A DNA stretch of 64,000 bases, taken from Lingula anatina (lineage: Eukaryota > Animalia > Brachiopoda). The stretch covers positions 8,742,001-8,806,000 of the forward strand of contig CM120642.1 in NCBI GenBank assembly GCA_051362555.1. The letters run 5' to 3'. The position numbers and the translations under genes are program-made. Below the pieces are notes generated by a model. That model had not been told where the DNA came from. It saw only the letters and a list, made by a program, of their open reading frames with translations, and ran no database searches. Every line of letters starts with the position of its first letter. The stretch's first letter is position 1. Shown here piece after piece: positions 34,259 to 46,524 of the stretch.

Positions 34259-37200
34259 GTTTCAAACAACAAATTTAGAGCACTTTAAGGTGGGGACTGA
34301 GGCGGATCCTAATTAATGTCATGCTTCTACAAGGCGACATCAATTTTTTAGTCAAATTGGTGTTATGGTAATTAAGTCACTAAACTCTTGTGCTGTGGAG
34401 GATCTGCAGTTAAGTGAGGAAAAAGGGAGAGGGGGAGGGGCAACGAAAAAAGAAAGAGGATTTTCCCGTGGCTCTTCCGGGTCTCTTTTTATTGTAAATG
34501 GTTGGTGATGAAACATTAGACCCTGTTCTGGTGATGAAATTCTAGACAAATTTTTAACAAATTTTGTTTCACAATACTCTAGTCAACTGTGTACTTGAAT
34601 ATCAAGATATTTATCCATTGTTGTGTTTGCGAGACTTGTGTCATGGAAGTAGGTTGCAGACCTACTGAATACTTTTTCAGTATTAATTTTATTTCTATTA
34701 TTTTTTATTTGTATTATTTCTGTTTTTTATCATTGTGAGATTATTGTCATTTTGTTGCAATCATTTAAAAGCGGGTATTAACCTTACGTATTGTTTTAAT
34801 GTACTTTTTCTTTTATAATTTTCCTGTGGGTAAAAGTCTGTGAAATACAGAACTAAAAAATTCACACATATCAAGTCAAATATTAACCGATGTCCAACAA
34901 AAAAGTTTTTGATATAAAAAAAAAAGAAAAAAAGATACGATTTCAAAGTAAAAAGTATAAGCATCTTCAAAGGCGAATTAGTGTTGTATGACTCTGGGCC
35001 GCAAGATTTCTAATTGAATTTTTTATTTAAATCACTGGTTTCAGTTCAGTGTAGTTTCAAAGTTATTAACGACATTGTTGAGAGATATATTTTCAAAAGA
35101 GATGTATTACAAATACATTCAAAATTGCAGAAACATTTTAAACGTATTTTATCTTTGTTAATCTAAGTATACATTACAATGACAAATATTTTTTTTATTA
35201 AAAACTGCACACTGTTGTCAATGATGTTGTATATTGGTACATGTTTATGTTTCGAAAAAAATAAATTTGTTGGGGGAAAAATCTCTCCCTTCAATCTTTA
35301 AAAATATTTTCTGGTGTCAAGGGTCTTCTTTTCTGTTAAAGGCAACTGCAACTGTAAAATAACATGAAAAGCTTTCAAATATGGCTATGGCTCTATCTGG
35401 ACACACTAGGTCAAATGCACTAGATGGTGTCCAGCTGAGCATATTAAATTTACTAACTGTAAACTTGATATATAAAACTGACCTGCACCGTAAGCTGACG
35501 CATAGGACAGTGCTTACACAGCAGGATATGTAATTTTTGAAATGACAGGTTAATCCCCTATGGAACTATCGTTCATTGATCAAGGTATCCTCATTGCACA
35601 AACATAATCCAGTGTATCCGCCCACTCCCACTTCTACCATTATGAATGAAATAAATCTGTGTCTGACTTTCCTCGTGCTCCATGCCTTACACACCATGCA
35701 TGCTTGTTCTTTCCAGATCATGCACACATTCTATTTACTTATATTAATTTTCCCCAGGGAGTGCCGCGACTCTACCCTCCACCATCGTATTGTATGCCCA
35801 AAAGAATTTCCATTTTAAACCGTCCGTCTCTTGCACTTGTTAAAACCCCGTTAATTTACATTTTCCCCCAATATGCATAAAACAATGATCTGGACATAGT
35901 GGTAACATAAATCGATAATGATACTTGAAACATTCAAGTAGATTAGTTAAGGTAAGAAGAAATACGATACTTCCGTTATGCCAAAACACATTTATCCGCC
36001 TACTTGAAATTTCAATACCCAAATCCCAATTTATTGTCAAATTTACGATATTGTTTCCTTAAGTCACTCTACAGAAATGCATTTCACATTCCATAGGTAA
36101 TTTTATCCTCCATTTCAGAGCAATTGCCGAGTAACAACCCTTTGTGATTTTTGAGTATACAACACCATAGTGTCTGAAAATTTTCCCCAATCATAAATGA
36201 CAAGGTCAAGTTGTATTGGTCAGTTACCGCCCAATGTATAAACAGCACTTCGTATGATGAAATAGATCTTTTCTTATCTCTTGTGGAAAGGAGGTACAAA
36301 AAGTAACTTCCGGGGCTAACTGACTTGCTTGTAGGGTGTGTAGTCAACACTCTCTGATATTATCCTTTAAAAGGGCCTAGATCTCCTGCCTCATAGGTAG
36401 ATGTCTAAAAACACGTTGACTCTCGCTAGAAACGAATTATTTTTCTTCATTTTACGTTTTTTCCATTCTGTTATTCAACTGTTATAAAGACATTTAGGAA
36501 AAATGGTTCATTATGAAAGCATCTTTAGAACTGTTTGAAGTAAAAGATTACATTTGTTGTCAAGAGAAGATTAATGTAACATGCTGATAAAAATAATAAA
36601 TATTGTGAAAAATATGAAAGGGTACCGACAGGTTTTTTGTTTGGCTATTTTTGCTTAAATAATGAAATGTAGGCTATAACTCAAGTATTATAATTGAAAT
36701 TTGATTTTAAGATATCGAATGAATCTAGATGGGTGGATTTTTAACATTAAAAATTGATATTTTTATATCTTAAGTAACTTTTCCTACCAGTTGAACAGTC
36801 AAACCCTTTTACCCTGTGTATCCATACTTGTTTACCACACTGTTTGCTTTTAAAATTGTCGTCTAGCGGCATCGGACAATTCAGTATTTTATATTTTGAA
36901 ATTAATGCCGAATGCACACACGGGTATAAATGACAGTACGTTAAAAACCAATTTCCAAAACTTTGGGATATAAGTACAATGTACGGCTCATCATAATAGA
37001 AAAAGAAGAAACTTGAAGACCACATACATGTATTTTGATACACCCTTTGAGATGGGGGAGACTCATGTTTATGCACACGTAGCATATTACATTTTCAAAA
37101 CACCATTGAATACCACAATAAATGACACGCGACCCTGAAAGACATTCCTCAACACGGATGTTTGTTCTCTTTCAACTGTTTCTGTACAAAAGAGAGGTTT

Positions 37201-37378
37201 GTGGTAAAAGTAACACAGAGATTCTATTTTACGGTTTATTCAGGGAAACCATTCTATTGGTCAAGTCTCCAGTCTCCTCCCTCCCCCTTCTCTCTTTGTT
37301 TCTAGGCCCCTTGCTATATTTCTTTTTTCTAAACCACCTGATCTCTCTCTCTCTTTCTCTCTGCTTGGAGTAAGCCAG

Positions 37379-37652
37379 CAGGGGCGGATCCAGGATTATT
37401 TGAAGGGGGGGGGGGGGGGGGGGGGCGTGGATGCGAAGCCGACCCTCCCCCCCCTCTTGACGTAGGGTTTGGGGCTCAAAAAAACTTTGGTGTTTTAGAG
37501 GGTGCTTTAGAGGGTGTTTCATTTGGGACAGTACTGTATAGAACTATGATTTAGCTAGTCGAAATTGCACTTTCAAGAGGGGAACATTGGTGTTTTTTTT
37601 CAGAAATCGAAGGGGGGATCAAGACCCCTGGCACCCCCTAAATCCGCCACTG
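37379..37652. mobile_element. MITE-like element with GC-rich termini (CAGGGGCGGATCC...AATCCGCCACTG)
   Basis: Imperfect terminal inverted repeats. The same end (CAGGGGCGGATCCAGGATTATTTGAAGGGG) recurs inverted at ~17941-17971; related ends at ~47718-47880, ~52985, ~58235 and ~60700. No clean TSD. Confidence 0.5.
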
Positions 37653-38506
37653 CGTCAGTGAATTGGGAAAACCCCGGGATTTTTTATCTGATTTCCACAA
37701 TGAGACGGATGGGCAGAGGCGGCACAATGGGACTACGAAAATAATTGTCTTTTCTATTGCCACAGCTAAATGGTCAAGCGCATCAAACCAATATTTATAT
37801 TTTCAACACATAAATGTGTGAGCATTCAAAATTATCGTCTCTTTTGTAGGGTCGAGAACAATATACCCATCCTGTTGTGGCTATGAGCTCCACATATTAT
37901 TAGTACTGTTGCCTCTACTCACTAAATTAGACACCAAGCATTTTGAGTCACAGGGGTTTGCAAACGAAAAGACATTCCAATCATTAGTTCCTTTAATTTT
38001 ATTTTCGAATAAATGTATGTAAGTAAAAATACATACAAAATAAATGTAAACTGTATATAAGTTGAAGTAAAAGTAATTAACATAACATATGTATAAATTG
38101 GACGACTGAGATATTAAGATAATAATATCAATTCCTATGAGCATCATCGACGAATAGCGCCAACGTTGTAAAAACGTACATGTAAAAATGGACATTATCA
38201 TCTGTAAAACAGCACCAAACACTGAATAAAATAACAGATCAATAAGAAGAAAGCAAAAAGTGTAAAGTAAGAAAAAAAAACACATGGTAAATTAAAATAT
38301 GCAAAATTAAGAAAAAAAACTCATATAAACAACATGTAGAATAACAAATTGATGTCATATGAAAAGAATGGAAACGGGTAAAAGGAAGAATAGTAACACC
38401 GAATATGGATGGGAACATATGAGTTATAATGTTAGGAGAGGGTTAAGATAAATATTTGAATATTTCAAACTCTGAAATATTATAATCGTAAAACTGAACC
38501 CGACCT

Positions 38507-40109
38507 TTATGAAATCAAACCGCCTACATAGACGCCCAGCAAACGCACCACGTTCCATTCTCTATAGTATCTGACCATTGTCGGCTCGCCACGTGGGAAA
38601 TGAGCGAATGTTGACCTTTTGACCTCTCCTGGCGGGTATGTCAGAAGTATCCAATGGAAATTCCCCGATGGCACGCTTTCGAATACAACTTCCGCCATGT
38701 AGCACAGAATGCGGTGGAGACGTTTTTTGACTGCCTTCACTTTAGTTGATATGTAACGCATTTGTGGCCTTGTCACAGGTCTCTTGAAGTTGTGTACGTA
38801 AACGGAAAACCTCACGAGACAATCATAGGTCTTGCGAAGATCGGTAAGCTGAAATAATTAAAAAGTTGTTTACAGACCCTTTTATTAATAATTTTTTTCG
38901 AATGAAATAAACTTCTAAATTCTTTACAAAACAATGCACTAATGTGTGTGTGTGTGCGTGTGTGCGTGTGTTTGTGTGTGTGAAAAGGTAGTTTCTGAAA
39001 AAGTCGGATTTGGTTGTTCGCGATATGTATTAAGATTTTAGATTTAGACTTGAAATTAGAACATGATATTTATCGGGCCATTTATGGGTTCAATAAATTT
39101 CAGATGCATATAAAACAGTAAGCTAAGTAACTCCAATGTGGATGTTTTTTCCTAATTTCTTTTCTTTTTCTGTCACATATCATAGGTTGAGAAGGTGAAA
39201 GTGATTGCTGTATGAAATACATGTATAGATTTTAGTTTTGTTATTTCATAGGACTTCATGTTGAAATGCCTCTCTTACCTCTGTATGTTCATCATACTCC
39301 TCAATGTCAGTCTCGGGTCTTCTCCGGAGACTTCTTGAAGTTTGTGAGGCAGACAGGTCATCGCATTGTCTTAAATTTTCGGGGACATGGTGGCTTGACT
39401 CCACGATTCGGTGTAATTCATTGCCATAGCCTTGAAACCGCTCTCTTTTCTTGAGTAAATAGGAAAAACTTTTGATTTTATTACCTACATTTTGTATTAA
39501 GTTTTCATCTATAAATTATTCCCTTGTTCAAGCCAAATAAAACATGAATTTATTTATGCTGTGTGTATGAAAACCTGAGACCCGATTTCTAAATAACTAC
39601 AATGGATATGAAAACGAACGCAAGATTCTCGAACTTAACATTGAAATCTTCACCGGACAGAAACGAACATTATAACTCACGCATTTACATATTTGATGAG
39701 TAAAATAAAAAAATAAATAAATAAATAAAGAGCTCTTTGTTCTCTGAGACCTTGCTGTTGGCGATATCACACTGACAATGGAAACATGTTAGAAAGCATG
39801 TGCATTTTAAGAATTTATATACCGGGTATTCATACAAACGTACCATGGCATCCTGTAGTGCGGCAATTTCCTCTCTCAGGAGAACCAGGTGCTCGGAGAG
39901 CAGCCACCTGACAGTATTCAAATCCATGTATTCCTTTGGTACACATGGATATAGATAAGCTGGCCGTGAGCCGTGGCAAGGACGGTACCACCACAGATTT
40001 GGGACCAGCTTGTCTTGAGGGCACGGTTCCGGGCCGGTCGACAAGGGTGACACCTGGCTACTGAGGAGAAGTAAGTGCAGGGTCGAGGCGGTCAGGGCGA
40101 AAATAATGT
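38507..40109 (-). CDS. Secreted putative four-helix-bundle cytokine (Unpaired/IL-6-like), paralogue B, ~260 aa; first mini-exon uncertain
   Basis: Exons (minus) 40109-39844 (266 nt, same length and phases as exon 2 of A), 39449-39279, 38848-38507; candidate start mini-exon ATGC|GTAATA at 40719-40716. Protein: signal ..IIFALTASTLHLLLLSSQVSP, NLWWYRPCHG, KRERFQGYGNE..VPENLRQC, LTDLRKTYDCLVRFSVYVH, LHRILCYMAE, WILLTYPPGE, RYYREWNVVRLLGVYVGGL. Confidence 0.8.
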
Positions 40110-42062
40110 CTAAAATCAAAATGTGATACAACGAAGTAATGAAATGTGGAGTTCATATGTACCGAATTTAAGTAAAACATAAAATACAGTGTGCGGAACT
40201 GAATCGAATCCCATCAAAAGTAAACAAAACTAAGTTAAATTGGATGGGGTTTCATATTTTGTTGTCTGTATATATTTTCTAGAGGCAAACTTCTCATTTG
40301 TTAACGAATAAACCTGTTTTGAACTTTTTGAGTAAAAACTTAAGGTTTATTAAAACTGAATGTTATTTTCACATGCTGTTTAAATCATCGGACCTGAAGT
40401 TTAGGACACTGTTTTAAGACACTTATGAGACCGTAGGATTTTGTTACAAAACAAATATGGCGACCATGTTGAAAAGTAAGTCATCCAGAAATACGTAGGG
40501 GCCTGTAGTAGGTTCTTTCTCTTTCAGTATTCTATTCTTTTAATAATATCTTTTTTTCCTGTATGTCAAATGGTTATTCAGTGTCAAGCCTTTTATTTTA
40601 CTATATTTCACTTGACCTTGACATTTTGAGAGTACAGTTTGGAAATCGGGTCAACATGTTTCAGCTGTTGTTGAAAAAATGCTATGACACTTGACTAGTA
40701 AAAAACAGATATTACGCATGTGCTTCAAGAAAAACTGAGGGCCAATGTATAAGGTGATCTTGCCTTAGAACAACATCAGGCGTTCATTTGAAGCTTGTGT
40801 TAATGTCAGTGCTTGTATTTTGTAAGCGTGTTTGCCTTTTGCACTTGACTGCCTAAAGTCTTCGTTTTACTGGCATGTATAACTGTCGCTGAAAGAAGGC
40901 GGATATGTCGCAATACTGATCATTGTTATAACTCAAGGTGGGTTGATCAGCAACTTTGGATTCATTGGGGGTGGTGGGGGGGGGGGGTGGAGGGGGCGCA
41001 AAGCTACACAATGTACGAACTCGGAGGGTGGCTTTCTCGAAAAAACATAAAACGTGCGAAAAAAAAAAGCAAGAGAATGTTCCAACTCTCTGCTTTATAT
41101 ATTGTAGTAAAATTCCCCTCTTCTTCGGTTTTTTAAAACTATTCATTTAACTTCATTGTGCCGGTCTTAACAATACTCTAGATCCATCAGTGACAAAGGT
41201 GTAGTCAACTATTTATGGATGGGATTTGACAAACGAAACCGTCTTGGGTCAATACGGTTTACACTAAACACTCATTAATTTGGACGTTTGCCACACGTTT
41301 GAAGTTGAAGAATAACACCCCACAGCCCCGAAAGAGGTTAACGGCCTTAAAGGTAATAAAAAATTTGGGAGTGTTTAGGGCAGTGTCACTATGATCACGT
41401 TTCAAGGTTTGAGTGGCCAATGTTGACACGTACACCGACCGTAGGAGAAAAAATGCCTAAAACTTGAAATTATCACAAACGGGATTTTCGCACAAATTGT
41501 TATTTTATTGAAGAAAAAAAAACAAAAACAATGCACTCCTTCTCGCAAATCTTTGCTCGACCGTCCCTTTACTCGGATTTGATGTTGGTACCAATTCTAC
41601 TTGATCAGCTTAGTTCATACATGTAGTCTTCCTGGCATTTCAAAGTGGAGGGTCGAATAGTCAGGTATTTTCATTTGAGGGCTTTTATCTTTTAGGAGAG
41701 ATCAGTAGCTTTGCATGACATTTAGCCATAACGATATGACTATGGTACGTTTTCAATCGCGCACATGTAAAGCACACGTTCGACAGAGCACAAATCATAG
41801 GACGCTGATGAAGGAATAAAATGTGTCTTCACTTGACCGGTGCAGGTGTTCTAATATCTTAGGTGCACAGTTGAATTCATATTTTGATCATGTCTTTAAT
41901 TTTAAAAAATTTCTTAACAATCCTTTAAGGATTATTAAATGTGACAATCAGCCAAGGTAATATCGGTCCTTTTTCCAGAAATCCAGATTTTGTAATAATA
42001 ACCTTACTCCTTTGCTAAGGCCAGTGTCAGTAGCTCCTACAACCAAACAAATGGATAGATGA

Positions 42063-42064
42063 AA

Positions 42065-42107
<43 letters not shown>

Positions 42108-42109
42108 AT
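42063..42109. repeat. (AAAT)n microsatellite
   Basis: About 11-12 AAAT units; similar tracts at ~29352-29390 and ~43532-43560. Confidence 0.9.
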
Positions 42110-42280
42110 ACCTTTTAAGTGGAAAATATTGAATAACGATCCTTTCATCTTCATGTTTTCTCTCCTTTGATGCGGACAGCTTTAAGGTTATTGTTCACTG
42201 AATATTCAGTGGTCTTGTAAGTAAGTCTCTTTTATACCCTTCCCTTGTCCTGTTTGGTGTGTGTCACTTTTTGTAAATTC

Positions 42281-42290
42281 GGGAAATTCC
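42281..42290. promoter_or_regulatory. Consensus NF-kB site upstream of cytokine-like gene B
   Basis: GGGAAATTCC matches GGGRNNYYCC; further kB-like AAAATTCCCC (~41109) and GGGATTTTC (~41481). Confidence 0.35.
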
Positions 42291-45200
42291 GTCGACAGTA
42301 CCCTCATTAATAATCCAATTTATCAATATGTCATGAAAGTAAACATAAATTCATACGGAAAGAAGTCCCTTGTATCTTGTTTCTTGTATAAGTATTTTAA
42401 TATTTTTGTATTAAAATACATTTTAAAATTTATGCAATTGTGGACAGTAATAAACCGCTTAGGCAATTTGGGCGCAGGCGGATGTGGGATTTAAAAAAAA
42501 TTATTGTGGTACATGCAACTAGGTAATGGAAACAGAGTTGTGGATATGACCGCCGTCCTAACTCCACCATTTTTTGTTCCCCTTTAACAACTGGTGGGTC
42601 TCGGTGTGGTGAGCGATGACAGGGTGCCTAATTTATTTGCACAATGGCATCCCAACGAGACCATGAGCCATTTTTGAAAAAAAAAGCCAACTTCTCTCTA
42701 CCTCCACCCTCTTTAGTAAAATAGTTTCTAAATATCCTCAATCGTGTATTTTAATATACATTGGCAAATGTTTACAGATGTTTGCAGAAGGATGAATTCA
42801 CTCTTCCAGCCGTTTTCAGAAAATGTGAAAAACTGAAACTCACTTCCTTCCCTAAAATGAATGAGCTCAGGTCAGCATTGTCTTATTTCTGCGAGAGGGA
42901 GAAATCACACTCACTGCGTTATAGAAAATATAATTAATCATGATCATTTGTATTTTATTGCCACAATATGCCATGTGTACATTTGTACGCCCTCCACTAA
43001 AAATCGACTTCTGGTGTAAATAATTTCAGGTCTCGGAGAATTTTTTTGTATTTGATAAAATTAACAATTTGGAATCTAAGAAGAACAAAGTGCCCCCTAT
43101 GGTCTTGGAAAACAGTGCGTGAATCTGCGTTGAGTATTCTCACTCTCCAGGCGCTCAGACCTCCTGAAGAAAAATGTCGTTTTCTATCAAATTTTTCCCT
43201 TGCTGTATCAGTAGTTTGCATTGGCGACCCCGCAATGAATCACTTGCTCTATCTAAAATGTTGTTTGATATTCAGGAAGTAATTTTAAAAGCAATGCTCC
43301 TCAACGATAAATTTACGAGGAAACAGTGACACGTACTCCAAAAACGACATACAGGTATGTCAGGAAAATGATTTATTAGATCATTAATATCCAGGATGTT
43401 CCATACCCTACTTCAAATTCCGGGTACAAATTCCGTGGTGAATTAGACCAATTGTACGGCTTCTTTTAGTTTACTAAATCAAAGCTGACCAGTCGGACAC
43501 CGACATTTGACCGAAAATTAAATAATAATTTTAAATAAATAAATAAATAAATAAATAAATTGGTTGCCTTCCCTTTTGGCATTCTGGACAAGCCAGGGAA
43601 AACGTAACAGCTATGAAAGAGGATTTGTCGTTGACACGGGCAATTTCACTGACAAAAGAGAGCAAACCAAAACATCGCCATAATAAACATATGAGTGATT
43701 ATTTAAGAGACGGGTGTATTCAAAGCTACCATCCCACCACGCGCGGTCAGGTTACACCAATCACGTTATGACTGATATTTTATTTGTCAGGAACACATTT
43801 TTTTCGATAACCTTCTTTTCTGGACAACATCCTTGTCGAAATTGAAAACATTCAACCCTCTCTGAGGCTGAAAAACCTAAAAGTCGACGTCACACCCAAA
43901 AAATAAACCTCGCTCCCTAACTCACAATTATCATTAGTATCTGCCTTGTGTGTTTAATAAAATTATTTTGTTTTCATTGTGGGGTGTTTACCGTCAAGGC
44001 CTTATCTACACGCACTTTTGTACACTGTTACGTGCACCGACTTATTTCTCAAAAGTTCAATGTGTGCTATTCTTATACTTTTTACTTCACTTATCCAAAT
44101 TCTACGTCTTTGTAATTTCTCTTTATTTACTTACTGGTGTTATTAGTGTTGCAAAATACACATATCTTTATAAAAACATTTTATTTAGCTATTTAATAAT
44201 GAATACTGTAATCACCAGCCTGCCTCTAGTTTTCTTTCCTTTCCTTTCAAAAATATACACACCGGCCACACTAGAAGTAATAAAGCTTCTTAATTCCACA
44301 TTATAAGTGACAGTGAAATGAGGGCAATTAATTAAAAAAAAAATTAATAAATAAAATAAAAATTAAATAAAAATTAAATAATAAAATAAATAAAAATTAA
44401 TTAATAAATAAATAATGAAATAAAATAATGAAATAAAAATGTTTCATTAAAATAAGTGATTGGGAGAGGGTGCTTACTTTTACTACGACAAGACGAAACT
44501 TTTTGGCTTCAGTTTCTTACAAAATAACCATTTAAGAAAACATGGACAAAATAACGTTATAATGTCCAAGAACAAAATAGAACTGTTATAATTTCTCCTT
44601 TAGTGCAAATCCTTGGCTTAAGCCTCATTGTACACGTAGGTTGTCATTAGTTCAATTTTGACTGCATTTAGTTGGCTCAGAGGATATTTAATCCATCACT
44701 GTGTATCACATTCAGAAGTTCAAATAGTGAGCAGAAGACATCCAGATATAGCTGCATGAAATTATCAAAATGAATAAACAAATTATTCATTGTGGTTTCA
44801 AAATTGCAATGACATCTGAAAAAGTGGGGACAGCAATAAAAAAAAGTAAGGCACCCGTAGAATACTGATTCGGAAAGTAGGCGGACATGTACAACCATCA
44901 GGCTAATCTACCCCCTCTGGCGGTACCGGTATCATGTTGTAATAAACTAGTTTTTTTAGGCATGTGATAATCAAGTGACAGAGTGTGCAGGAAACTTGAA
45001 CGTGACTCCAGTAAGGTAACGCCACACCGACCCTTCTAGAGAGCAAGTCTTAGATCTTTAAAAATATTAGTGAGACGAAGGTAGATACACTGTACTCTCT
45101 CCCACGCCTGTACGATGACTTCTTAGCACTACAGCCGCGGCACTAAGGGGGTGGGTGGGGCAGGGGGCGTGGAGTACTGTGTCACTCCGAGACTGATGAA

Positions 45201-45369
45201 GATGGATGATGGCACGTCAAACTTCTCACGTGAGTGAAAAGTTATTACTTCGTTTGTGATCGACAAAAGGGCTATTGATCTCAAGAGTAAGTCTCATATT
45301 TGATTATTATATGAATTTAGGTTCTTGTAGAAGCAAATTTTCATAGCCAGTAATCCATTGCAGCCATTT

Positions 45370-46524
45370 TTATGTCTGTAAGTTATTCAGAGGTAAGCCC
45401 CGATTAGTAACGTGGGACACCTCATCGAGTCTCTTCAGGGCTTGCTCATCGCCCAAAAGTTTCAGAGCAAGTCTGCGATACCCAAGCCGCACATCCGGTA
45501 ACCGGATTCCGTAGATTATCGGATTCACTAGGCTGTTACATTCGGAAACGAAACTGGTCACGGACTGCGCTATGACGATGTCCACGCTCACTGGGTCGTT
45601 CCTTTCCAAAGCCATGTAATATATGAAAAAGAAAGTGCACACCGCGGGCGTCCAGAAAATCACATTTGTGGCAAGTAGCACGGAAACAGTTGCAAATAAT
45701 TTCTTTTTCCTTTGGCCGTTACCTGTCTGTATTCTTCCAGATGAGTGTGTCGCCTCAGGGGAGCGAGCTTTTCTAACTATAAGGCACCATAGTAAGATGT
45801 TTGCCGCGAACAAAACCAAGCACGACACACCGAGGTACAGACTGGAAGCCTGAAGGTAGTGATCGTACAGGTAAGTCCAGCAGTCGTGTATGTACCAGTA
45901 AACCTTGAACTGCGTGTACCGCGCGTGCAGGCTGATATAAACCCCAATAGTCGCAGCGTAACACAGAGACATCACTATGGTGATGCGATGTTTGGTCAGC
46001 AGGGACCTGTACTTCAGTGGCTGTGTGACAGCCAGGTACAGGCTTATCACCGCCCCCGTGGTGCAGTACAACGGTACCAATGTAAAGTGGCGACACATAT
46101 CTTCTAGTATGTCATCACTGCAGTCGAAGTTTCCTATTTGTTTGATGGGTTTTTCATACACCTGCATGCGCACTATGAGTACACAATTAGCTATAGTTAA
46201 CCCCATGTATATCAAATCGGCCAATGCTATGTTAATAAGAATATAATGAAATGGTTTCCATGGGCGTTGAATACAAAGGAGAGCAGCCAGGGAGATGACA
46301 TTTTCTATGAAGCCGATAATTGCCATGGTAAGTTCTATAGGAAACATTACTCTCAAGTGACTTTGGAAGATCACATTATCTATGTTGATGAGCTCACGAA
46401 CGTCCACGTTGCCACAAATGGCGGGTGACTCCATCGAATGGGAAACGTGAGTACCATTGAGTTCGCACATCATACTGTTCGTAGCTGCGCAACAGATTTT
46501 GGCTTGAGACAAAGACAGGATCAT
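45370..46524 (-). CDS. Class A (rhodopsin-like) orphan GPCR, single-exon CDS
   Basis: Seven hydrophobic segments; TM1 GFIEN, TM2 NIALADL, TM3 end ISLYLAVTQPLKY, TM6 FWTP, TM7 NSLVNPIIY, helix 8 DVRLGY; N-terminal sequon NGT. The real start may be the MMCELN ATG (~46473). Acceptor at ~46580 suggests 5'UTR exon(s); candidate donors ~47916 and ~50742. Confidence 0.9.
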   Translation of the reverse strand: MILSLSQAKICCAATNSMMCELNGTHVSHSMESPAICGNVDVRELINIDNVIFQSHLRVMFPIELTMAIIGFIENVISLAALLCIQRPWKPFHYILINIALADLIYMGLTIANCVLIVRMQVYEKPIKQIGNFDCSDDILEDMCRHFTLVPLYCTTGAVISLYLAVTQPLKYRSLLTKHRITIVMSLCYAATIGVYISLHARYTQFKVYWYIHDCWTYLYDHYLQASSLYLGVSCLVLFAANILLWCLIVRKARSPEATHSSGRIQTGNGQRKKKLFATVSVLLATNVIFWTPAVCTFFFIYYMALERNDPVSVDIVIAQSVTSFVSECNSLVNPIIYGIRLPDVRLGYRRLALKLLGDEQALKRLDEVSHVTNRGLPLNNLQT

